Positions 10,139 to 34,901 of a DNA stretch of 64,000 nucleotides are shown here, piece by piece. The stretch is taken from positions 744,001 to 808,000 of the forward strand of contig CM102290.1 in assembly GCA_046563655.1 (NCBI GenBank). The letters run 5' to 3'. The notes beneath the pieces are model-generated. The model made no database searches and was not told where the DNA came from. It saw nothing but the letters and a program-made list of their open reading frames with translations. Both the position numbers and the translations under genes were made by a program. The DNA comes from Yuukianura sp. NJ FZ-2021 (Eukaryota). Positions within the stretch are counted from its first letter, which is position 1. Each line of letters begins with the position of its first letter.

Positions 10139-13100
10139 ATGAAACTACAAAAACCGACGTGGATTAATCACGATGGTGAGTTAGGCAACACTGATTTTAC
10201 ATTAACAATTTGAGTATAAATGACATGTCTCGTAAGGTCATCCAATATTTTCCGTGGACATACACCCAAATACTCCACGATTCGCTACAGGAGGTCAAGG
10301 TAATGAGCTGACGAAAACAACCTAATTTGTTTTTATGTAACTTTGACTAAATTCACAACTTTTTTTCTTGTTAGGCGCTGACTCCATGGGAAGAGTTGTC
10401 ATATGGGGGCTCGGCTCGATTGAATTTCCGGATAGTCCAAATAAGACGCAAATGGCCAAATTCCTTTGTCAGTTAGATCATCATAGTGGTACGTCTCAGT
10501 CTCCATATGCTTTACAACATTTATTTTTGTTTGAGGAAATGTTGATTGGGAGTTTGTTTACAACAGCCTGCGTCAATTGCGTCCGATGGAGTAACAAAGG
10601 GAAGTATCTTGCCTCTGGAGGAGATGACAAAGTCATTATCATTTGGGAACTCAAAGGCCATCCAGCCCTACACCCACTCCCCATCTCTACTCAAAACTCT
10701 GCTTTTGGAAAAACTTCCCAAGAAACATGGAAACCAGTATTTACACTTCGAAGTCATACGGGTGATATACTAGATTTGTCATGGTCTCCGGATGACCGTT
10801 ACCTCGCATCTGCATCCGTTGACAACAAGGTTCTCATCTGGGACGCACGCAAGTTTCCTACCGTAGTAGCAGAAATTACAGGTTAGCGCTGAGTGGAATG
10901 ATAAACGAAGCAGGTTTAGTTTGTTTCTTACAGTAAATTAACCTGTTAGGTCATACGAGCCTGGTGAAAGGTGTGACCTGGGATCCTGTCGGAACTTACC
11001 TCGCTACACAGAGTGATGACCAAACGCTCAAGATCTGGCGTACGAGTGACTGGGTTCTGGAGCATACCCTGACTGAGTCATTCATAGAGGTACAATTTCT
11101 AAAACGTGTTTAATTATTTTAAGTACTATTCCTAGCAACGTAACATGAAAAAAAAAACAATGGAGTTTTTCTACTGAGCGATTAGCGAAAACAACGAGCG
11201 TTTTTGCAAAAATCTCACATCACCCCAAACTGATTCCAAATTTTTTGAACCATAAAAGAAGGCAATTAACTAACAAAGTTAAAAATACTATTTAAAATGA
11301 ATTTAAAAATGAATTTAAAAAAAAACAAAAAACGTTTGTAATTGGCTTTCCAGTTTTTGTAAATGTCATTTCTTGAATTAATTTGAATCATTTTAAACTT
11401 TGTTGATTATTGTTCAATCTCGAATGAAGTTGGGGTGATGTGAGATTCTTGCAACAACGTTTGTTGTCGTCGCTGATCGCTCAGTAGAAAAACTCCACTG
11501 TTTTTTAAGGTTAGGTTGCTAGGACTAGAAGCGTCGATTCAAGATTTTATGGTTTCTATTTTGAAATTTAGTGCGGCGGAACAACTCACGTTCTGCGTCT
11601 GGATTGGTCCCCGGACGGTGCCTACTTGGTATCTGCCCATGCAATGAACTGTGGAGGCCCCACGGCTCAAATTGTAGAACGGGATGGCTGGAAAACTGAC
11701 AAGGATTTTGTGGGTCATCGGAAAGCCGTAGTTTGTGTGGTAAGTGACACGGTTTTTCTGACAATGAGAACTTTGTTTTCTGGAATACTTTCAAGAAACC
11801 ATCGTCCTAACAATGTTTTAAAATTTCAGCGTTTTACAAGAACTATGCTGCAGAAGGGAAAGGGACAACTGTGTTATGTTGCTCTTGGATCACGAGACAG
11901 ATCTTTATCCATTTGGTCAACAGCTCTCAAGCGGCCACTCTTGGTCGTTCGAGATACTTTTGCAAATTCGGTAATGGATCTCTCATGGTCATCTGATGCT
12001 CAAATGATGATGGCTTGTTCAGGTGACGGAACCGTAGCGGTTGCGACATTCTCTCAAGATGAAATCGGAGTTCCACTAAACGAAGAGGAAATGGTAAGTT
12101 GTGCTCTTAACGTTTGACTTTAAAGGTAGACTGTTCTTACATTATGTATTTGTATTAATTGGTTTCAGATCCTGCTACACCAACGTGTATACGGAAAGAA
12201 GCTCAACTATTTATCCAATTCATCTAATCAATTAGTGCAAAGTGTTGAAGTGTTTATGGCAAGAAAGAAGGCTGAAGAGGAAGAACGAAGGAATTCCTTG
12301 GCAGTGTCAAATCATGTAGAGTCGCAAGCATCAAGACTATTAGAAGAAGCTGTTCCTACGAATCCTGCGGTCGAAGTATTAATTAGAGGCCCCACTGATA
12401 AACAAATTGAGACGAGAACACCGGATGGCAAGAGACGAATTACGCCCAAGTTCCTTCTTCCGCAAAACGATGTACAGTATCCGCCATTTCATACCGGGTA
12501 CGTAACTAATAATACTTTGATTGCAATGTTAGGTTGTTGTCGATGAGCATGTTGTCGCTCACCATTTTAAAGTTCGTTTTTTTTTCATGTTTAACTCAGC
12601 GTGTCAAATGTTTTACGAAATTTTCGAAATTTGAATTTTTGTCTCAGAATTTTGTTTTGCCATTTCGCGTTTTGCTAATCAGTTGAAATTTTGCATCGAA
12701 ATTGGCGCAGTTCCTTGACAATTTTCCCGCTCGTTGTAAAAATTGAGCGTTATAACTGTTTTTGAAGTGGTTTCGCGCGCAATGCAACAAAAATCAAACA
12801 TCAAATGCATTTGGCAAAGAAGAAGAAAAACCTTTGTTCTTGCACCCCCCCCCCCTCTCTGCACCCAGCTGAAGTAAGGTTTAAAAAATGTCGTTGCAGC
12901 CACATAGTAGCCACTCCGGCCATCTTTTGCGGCTACACCAAGTGGTGATACTTGTGGCCGCTCAAACCTAAAAAAATAATCCTAAAACCTCAGGTGGCAA
13001 CATAAGTAGCCGCACACAGTAGCCACCCACTGTAGCTACTTTGTGGCTACAATGATGATGGTTAAGCCTTACGCCAACCCTGCACCCTTCTTCATTTCCC

Positions 13101-15425
13101 TCTTTCAATTGTTTTCTTCAATAATTTTTTTCTACACCACGACTTTTTTTTGTGCTAAGTGTCTTCCTAACCTTTCTTTTTTTTTTTGAAAATAGTAATT
13201 GCAATGAACTAATTGTTGATAATCTAATCTGTGATAATCTTGAGTTTCAATAGTGTATGACACGTAAGTGAATTGGTTCTAGACAATGCTTCACCCTTGG
13301 TAATTTTAGTGTCTCGCTTTTTCTAGTATATCCCGGTTGCAGTCGCCGGTTAGTTAGCAATGACTTGTTTGTAACAATTGTCCCTTGTCTCGGTCATTTC
13401 GTTTTCCGTGTCATTGATTCCCTTTTGCTTTTGATTTGCAGTGAGGAAATCGTATTTGGAGAGCCGCGGATAATCGATACCACAAGCACAGTCGGCAACA
13501 ATCTGAGGAACAACATGGTATCTGGAATCGATGATGTACGAAATTTGGCCGAGACGGCCGCTTTATCTCCGGCTGTCATAACCCCCGACACTGCCAAACA
13601 TAATAATCAAGAACCAAAGAAAACAGAAAGTGGACAGAAGAAGAGAATTGTTCCTACTCGAGTACTCAATGGGGCACCGGTAACACAGGCAGTAGTACCA
13701 GGGGAAAAAATTAACGGAGAAGGAAGTTCATCACAAACAAAGAGCGACAGTAGCACTCAACCGCCACTAGTGAATGGATTTTCATCGAATCACAATGGAG
13801 AAGTTACGGCAAATGTCAACAAGGTACCTGACAAGGAACAAGAAGATGCCACTCCTTCATCAAAGGCACCAGGCGAGACACGCATGAATGTGGCAATGAA
13901 ACGAGGTAGGGTCAGCGATGAATCGAATGTGGCTCCACCAAAGAAAAGTCTGAAGCCTTCGACTCCTCTTGATCTCCCCAAAAAACCAAGCCTTCCACAG
14001 GCATCAGCCATTCCATTACCTTCGAGTTCTGCTGCTGCAGCACAACCTGTTGTTCAATCCGCCAACACACCAGTGGCTGTCACTCGAGGAAAACTTCTTA
14101 CTCCACTGAAAATAGAAGATTCGATGATCACTAAAGTAAGCAGAAACTGACATTATTGGTTACTTTACTTTGTGCTTCCTTCCAGTTATAACTGTTTACT
14201 GTTTGTAGGTTCAAATCCCTCCGAATTTATCATATCAACTGGAAGTATCGAACAGAGTAAACGGAACGAACTGGTTGAAGTGTCAGCATGAGACGACGTC
14301 ACTAGATGCACTGCATTGGAATATCTCTACGGAGTCTCCAATCTGTGCCATTGCTGGAGATGGAAGTAGAGTGGTAGGAGCAACAGAGGATGGATCTGTT
14401 CACATTTTGGATCTCAAGGGCCGTTATGCCCTTCCTCCTTTTCTCATTCCAAGTCTTCCAGCCAAACTTTGCCTTAATGGTGCTCACTTACTAATTGTTA
14501 CAACGAGAGCTACTGTTCATGTTTGGAATATTCATCTGTTCAAGAGTATTATCAAGTCAGAATCCATTCTCTCCCTCCTCAATGCGAATAGTACACGTAA
14601 GGTTGCTACAACAAATGAGTAAAATGTTTGTATTTTATGATTGTTTGGTTTGAATTTCCAGTGACGTTACATGCTTTTCAAGCGACGGTAACTGCGGACG
14701 GTGCCCCACTAGTCAGACTCTCAAATGGGAAGCAGTTCCTGTTTAACTCAGACATGCAAACTTGGTAAACATTTTGGAGGTTATCTACTATGTAAGTAGA
14801 AAAATGTGTAAGTAATCATGGATTGGCGTTTCAGGGTTTCCATTACGGAGTCATCTCAATCCCTAGCCACTCTGCGGAGTTCATTTTCTGGAGTACAAAC
14901 TGATTCAATGCTCAAGAAAGAAAATAGTATTACGTTCATTAAGCTCCGACTTGCCTCTGCAATTCAACTACTCAAGACCAAGGACGTACAAAATACTTTG
15001 GTCGTGCTAGCAAAAGCTTTGGCCACAAAAGGTAAGCAAAAGGCACCGAGTTCCTAACGAGTTCAATTCGTCGTGTTGATTTATAATGTTAATTTGTGTC
15101 TGAATTCTCAATAGCGTGTAAGCGGGAGCTACATGTTTTGTGTCAAGATCTTCTGGGTCCAACACATTCCGCAGCAAGTGCTTTACCTCCCAGCGATCCT
15201 CAATTCGGAGTAAGACTCAAACTTTGTTTTAAATATTTGACTTGTTTTGACTCGTGATTTGTTTTGCAGGGAGTGGACAAGCGGAAGGTTCTACGTGAAA
15301 TCCTAAACATGCTCCTAACTGATCTGCAATGGCAAGACTTCTATATCGAGTTCGATGAGATGCTAAATTTGGTTGAGTCTGGAAGTTCCGCTCTGGATAA
15401 CTGTTCTGGTGGTAGCTCAAGATGA
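10139..15425 (+). CDS. HIRA: Histone H3.3 chaperone HIRA (WD40, B-motif, C-terminal Hira domain)
   Basis: Exons 10139-10175, 10237-10299, 10375-10488, 10567-10881, 10950-11089, 11572-11739, 11830-12093, 12169-12497, 13442-14135, 14209-14596, 14662-14764, 14835-15031, 15115-15209, 15270-15425. Motifs: [88 protein letters not shown], and the ASF1-binding B-motif [16 protein letters not shown]. Confidence 0.96.
11131..11523. mobile_element. MITE (~390 bp) with ~100-bp terminal inverted repeats in a HIRA intron
   Basis: CCTAGCAAC...TGGAGTTTTTCTACTGAGCGATTAGCGA...AATCTCACATCACCCCAA pairs with TTGGGGTGATGTGAGATT...TCGCTGATCGCTCAGTAGAAAAACTCCA...GTTGCTAGG around an AT-rich core. Confidence 0.85.
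12867..13079. mobile_element. 213-bp MITE (GGTTG-terminus family, GTAGCC-rich), copy 1, in a HIRA intron
   Basis: Ends AGCTGAAGTAAGGTTTAA / TTAAGCCTTACGCCAACC. Perfect 8-bp direct repeat CTGCACCC at 12859-12866 and 13080-13087. Homologous to 20307-20519. Confidence 0.82.
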
Positions 15426-15659
15426 TGACGATTACGTTTTCTTGTTACCACTTACCGTGTTCTTAACAACAGTACCTAACACTTCATCCAGTTCATGTTT
15501 AGCGTAAATCCTATTCTTCATAATAATTTTTGAGAGCAACTCCTCAATTCTTTTTTTTATTTAGAATTCGAATGAAGAATTTGAAACTTTTGACAGAAAC
15601 GCGTAAATTTAAGTTTCATTTGGGCGAAGTGGATGTACTACTATAAGAGGGAGCGGAGC

Positions 15660-18013
15660 GTCAGGACGCGGCAGCGGAAATGCTGTTGGGTGTTTAAATC
15701 TTTTGTTTTGTGAATGAATGAAACTGTGGAGGGAAGAAGGGGATGTCGCTGGGTTTGGCAGAAGAGCGGAAGGCCGAATATAATAGGCGAGAGAAAGTGG
15801 AAGGAAGAAGGTGATCTGTTGCTCCTGTTTTCGTTTCCTCCACTTTATAATCCAGATCCAGACAGATTAGAAGCAGATGTCGGCATTTTTCACTTGTTAC
15901 TGGAGACTCTTTGGAATCCAAAGTTTTGGTGACTGATGATTTTGACAACAAAAGTTGGTGTTGCAAGGGGACGTAAAAATCCTAGAAAACCATTGACGAA
16001 ACTGAAGCTGAAAAAATATGAGGTTATACGTTTTATAAATGATGTTAAGGATTTATGGTTGTTTCAAAGAATTACGGCGAGGAAGTAATGCAATTGGTAG
16101 ATGATTGCAAAAGAAACAGTGATTTATTTTGGAAGATGTGCTTAATGGTTCTTAAAGTAAGTCAAACCCAAGTACTATAAAAAAAATTTGTAATTCATAA
16201 TTTTATATTTGTAATTATAATTTTTTTCTTAAATTATAGTCATATTTTTTAAAGTTCTGACTGAAGTTCTTGTATATTTATAATTCTCATTTTTTCTTAA
16301 ATTATAGTTATATTTTTTTAAATTATAACTATAATAAATAATTATAGTTATAATTATAAAAGAAATATTTTTTATAATTATAATTTTTTAGGTATAATCA
16401 TAATTTTATAGTTATAGTTGTATTTTTTTACAGTTATAATTATAATTTTTTATTCAATTACTGGATTAATGCATACGATGGAAATACGACAGAAGGAGCG
16501 GACCGGATGTGATGGCGTAGCTGAGTGAGAGTGAAGGTGCCGACGGCTGGTGAGGAGAGGCAGACAGGTAGGCAATGTACAGAGAATACTAGGACAGATG
16601 ATTGTAAATTTGTCAGTGGAGGATACATGAGCTTCAATTCGTTTCGTTTACCGACCCTGGATAACATTCAGTATAAAGTCTCACGAAGCGGAAAGATCAG
16701 TCGCTGCTTGTTTGTACTCTGACAGGTCTACTTCCTTCCAGCCCTAGATGGTAAAGGTATACACAGGACGAGTCGACGGATACAGTGCCAGTTTATCGAT
16801 TTTTGTGTGGGATCATCTCTGTATGTACACTTCGTCCAGATCCAGCACAAGGGGCACAGAAACAAGTCCTGGAAAAAGTAAGGAGGGTGAGATAATATTA
16901 AACTAAAACTAGGAATCAGCAGGCGCGGAGATGAAAATTGGCTAACATAAGTACCCTTTACCTTCCAGGTTTCACGAAGGCTGTGATGTACCACCACCAA
17001 ACCAAGTAACTTGTTCAAACATTCAGAATTGGAACGGGACTAATTCAATTCGAGAGGCATACTTTTCCCGGGAGGAATTTAGACCACGTCCTGTCAAGTC
17101 CACTTACAACAAACTACAGCATATATAAAGCCGACTGATCTTCAATATCTTCATCTCTGTGGACCAGAGAGCTTGTCCTGATCTTGGTTTTCACACACTG
17201 ATGTTTAGATGGTGATATATTGTGGTCCACTCATTGTTATGTTTAATTGGATCACCACCCGTCCGAAGAATCGGAATCGAGAAGAAGCTTAACTCCTAAT
17301 ACTACGCTCCCTCGTAACTAAAGTGTATCAAGAAGATTAGCAGCGGTTTACGGGATGTAGAACTTACCCCCTTCGAAGACACTCGCGTGAGTCATTATGT
17401 TTTGTTTACACTACTACTGTCAATTTCGTAAACAATATCAGCTGTATTGTTATTGATGTCTGTTGATGATTTTGCATTGTCAAAAAGATCTAGTTCAAAG
17501 TCAGGGCTATTAGATACTTTTTGGACATTAAGTTGACTAGAACTATCAAAATAGGTCTAATGGCATAGCTCAACTTTGAACACAAATCTATGAAATGTTT
17601 TCTTATTCGTAATTGCAGGGTTCCTTGGATAAGATGACCGTACCTGTGGATTTTCTACCGTCTATTATGAGATCATATGAATCCACTGAATTTGGCTATT
17701 GTCCATCCCTAACATTGTTTGATCCATCATTTGCCCTACCAAATTGACAGACCATGTGTGACAGTAACAATTTCCGGTTTTCTGTCAACTCTCCGGGATA
17801 AAGCCCCCATCTAATCCGAAGAATCTTACCAATTTACGCCATGCAACTTAATATTTTTTTTTGGTAATCAAATTGAAGCAGTATTCTAATCAGCGTTAAT
17901 TCTAACAGGAGCTCTTGTGTTTTGTATTAGATATGAACCGTTCCCAATAATCTTTCAAGACGTCTTCAACAACGTCATCCTCAGTTTCCTCTCGTTCAGG
18001 TTCAATCCGAATC
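15660..18013 (+). other. Putative multi-exon 5' UTR of NF1
   Basis: GT-AG intron-like segments at 16157-~16433, 16568-16725, 16878-16968, 17387-17618 and 17864-17930 lead into the ATG-bearing exon. The start position is approximate (TATAAG near 15642). Confidence 0.45.
16175..16458. repeat. Extremely AT-rich low-complexity TTATAA/TTATAG repeat tract
   Basis: Many TTATAA(T)/TTATAGTTATA units, a duplicated TTTTTCTTAAATTATAGT(C/T)ATATTTTTT (~16224 and ~16291) and a central palindrome at ~16323-16353. Confidence 0.7.
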
Positions 18014-31943
<13,930 letters not shown>

Positions 31944-33066
31944 TCAAAGTCTTGGGTCGGGTTCCAAGATTTTAAGCGAATCCAACTTTAGAAGCGATTG
32001 ATTGAACATGGATGTCCTGATGCTGGATACCGCTAAAGTACAACAGTATCATGGTTCGGCGCCTAGTCTCTGGCTGCAAGAATTCCAGGTTTCTCGGGTC
32101 TTGGAAGAAAACGGAAGTGTGTTCAGTAACTAAATTGGAAGATTAAGTTACACACGAAACTGAAAGTTCGATTTTGAGTTTTGGCAGGATCCATAATTCA
32201 AAGTCCTGATTTTTGGAAAAGTTTTTTGAAAAGAATTGAAAAGATGAGTCTTTGGAAGCATTTTGAAACTTAACCCAAGAAATAAATTTGAAATAACTTA
32301 TTTAAGAAATGCTAGTTTCAATCCCTGTGTTCCTATACTCGTTTTCTAAGGAAATCGGTAGGTTCGGTGTTTTTTTTAGATTAACACCGCAACGGAGATT
32401 TCTAAAATGTTGAAAAAATTTACGAGTAGTATTTCAGTTTAGAAGTAGAGTTTTTAGAAGATTTTAAAAAACCAATGATGAAATGAACGCTACGACAATC
32501 GAATTGTGTCGAAACCCTCCTACAGTAGTTGGTTCGCTTAAGCTGCGTTTTTTCTAATTCAAAATGTAACCAAATATTTACTATATCTACTCCTTTAAGT
32601 TAAGTTAATTATGTATTGTTTTTTTAGTCAAAATGTTTCATGTGTAACCTTTCTGAAATCCACATCACAATGCATGTTTTATACAAAATTAGTAGGTAAT
32701 CGGTGAGACGTTTATGTTAACTAAAAGAAAAACCCTGGAGGAAATCATAACTAAAAAAAGTCAAATAAAAAAAATCACTTTATTGGAAATAGTAATTACA
32801 TTTGTTCGAAAAACGATCCAACCCTTCATGTTCCGTTTTGGAGTTTTTAAAATTTTGGAAATACTTCATGCCACTCTGATTGTCTGATTTCTGGAGCGAA
32901 GAGAACAGCTCTCGAGAAGACTCTGTTCCCAACATTTGTATGGAAATAGTTTGTATGGACGAAAAAGTTTAGGGATTAATCCATTCAAAAGTGATCACAT
33001 TTCGACTCAACTTTTTCACTGCACATACGAAAAACAGGTTTTTTGAACATTTAATATACTAATTTT

Positions 33067-33438
33067 AAAAATTCATATCTCTGGAACGGAAAGTGATAGA
33101 GAGGTAAACTCTTCACTCCTGAATTCACAAAAATATGGAGTATTTTTAGAGATTTTAAAAAGGTACCCTCAGATTTTGGCCAAATTTCGAAAAAATCCAT
33201 GGTTTTTTTCAAAATTTCACGAAAAACTTGATGTTCGATTTTGAAGTTTTCAAAATTTCTAAAAATTCTTCATGTTTTTTGAAAGTCTCTCGCGAAGAGA
33301 TTAGGTCTTTATCGCTTTCCGTTCACGAGATATAAAATTTTAAAATTTCATTTTAATTTTCAAAAACTTGGAAAATTCATATCTCGGGAACGAAAGGTGA
33401 TAAAGAGGTAAACTCTTCGCTCCTGAGTTCACTAAAAT
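33067..33438. repeat. Direct-inverted-direct arrangement of a ~65-bp unit, probably a DNA-transposon remnant
   Basis: AAAATTCATATCTCTGGAACGGAAAGTGATAGAGAGGTAAACTCTTCACTCCTGAATTCAC (33067-33128) is repeated at 33372-33432, with an inverted copy at ~33292-33347. Confidence 0.75.
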
Positions 33439-34901
33439 TCTGTTTCATATTTTCATAAAAAACTCTTCAAGAAACGCTTTGAACTGGGTACTGGACCTGA
33501 CCGTTGAATTAAAAGAATTTATTCAAGACAAGACAATAAATTATAATAATTAAAAATAGTTGTCGAGCTTGTGAAAGTTGGGGAGATATCAATTTTTTGG
33601 TGTGAGACGGAAAGCTTTTTATTCACATAAAGTCTACATTGTAATTAATTGTAGACTCTACTAGTTAAGAGTAGGTTAGGTAATTTAAATTTAGAGTGAT
33701 TAATTATTAGCACAGATTACAGTTATTCTTAGCATATTTATAATTCATCTTCGCAAGAGATGATTGAAAAGCGTAAAGACTCTAGCCCCTCAATCACTAA
33801 AAGTGTCAATCCTGATAATAATCGATTATCCTTTAGCACCTTCTCCGGTTCACGTTTAATTCCAAATACCGCGCTTGTTTAAGGGAAAACTTCTTCGGTC
33901 TCTCCACAAAGGAAAAGTTTCACTTTCTTGGCATAAAAAACGACAGAACCTTTCAGCCAAGTTTAGAAAGCATGTAAGTCTTAAGTATTAGAAAAAGTAC
34001 ATAAAGAAACGTTTACAATAGGACAATTAATCACTCATATCACGGTAGTCAACAATATTTAGCACCATGCGTTTGTAGCTAACTTCGCTCTATCTCTCTA
34101 AATATAGTAGTATATGATTCTGACAGAGGTCTACGTTGTTACAAAAATCATTTTAAAGAATCCAATTTAAAAGAAGATTTGGCCAGTGCGTACAATTCTG
34201 AAATTGTGTAACATCAAGATGAAAAAAGCGTTTGTAAGATGACAATTATATAAGTTGAAACGTTTGAACGCATATATAAAGGAGTTTTCTGAATGTCGAA
34301 TTGCACATGGAATTCGGCCTTTGTGGACTAGATTACATTTTGAGGTATTTTGTACGTTGGTTAAGGTCTCAAACTTAATAAATTTGTGAATGTTCCGTGA
34401 AACATCTCAAGTGGTTGTATAAATAATAATAATAATACATATGAGTATTCACATAATACGATTCCTTCATTAATTTCTACTATATGATTAATTAAGGAAA
34501 GTCATCCGCCTCTACGTCGGAGTTTCGTGGGAAGAATTTGCCGAATAAACAATCTTAGGATTTTGTCTTTGATTTCGCAGCTTCAGGATCTGTAATGTCT
34601 TAACACTGTTACTAGGTACATTTTAAATGTAAAATGACGAATCCTTATGCCAAATTGGCTGGGTCTGAAGTTGTTGGGGATAAGTTGGGTCAGAGACTTG
34701 ATTCTAATCTCATTGGATTTCCTTAACATTGTACAGCTTTAACTACTATACACTTAATACCATTGGTAAAATTAAATACATTATCTGAAGATACTTTTCG
34801 GAAGAGGGCACTGCCTTGACTAGAAATATTTTGATATGACTCATGAGTATGCACGGAGGGATTTTGGAGACGGTCGTCGTCGTCGAGTTACGTTCAAGAT
34901 T

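Noticed and set aside
17640..17700. TGAGATCAT (bantam-like miRNA 5' end) near a short GTGGATT/AATCCAC stem
   Set aside because: The rest does not match bantam, and the seed region lacks a well-paired opposite arm.
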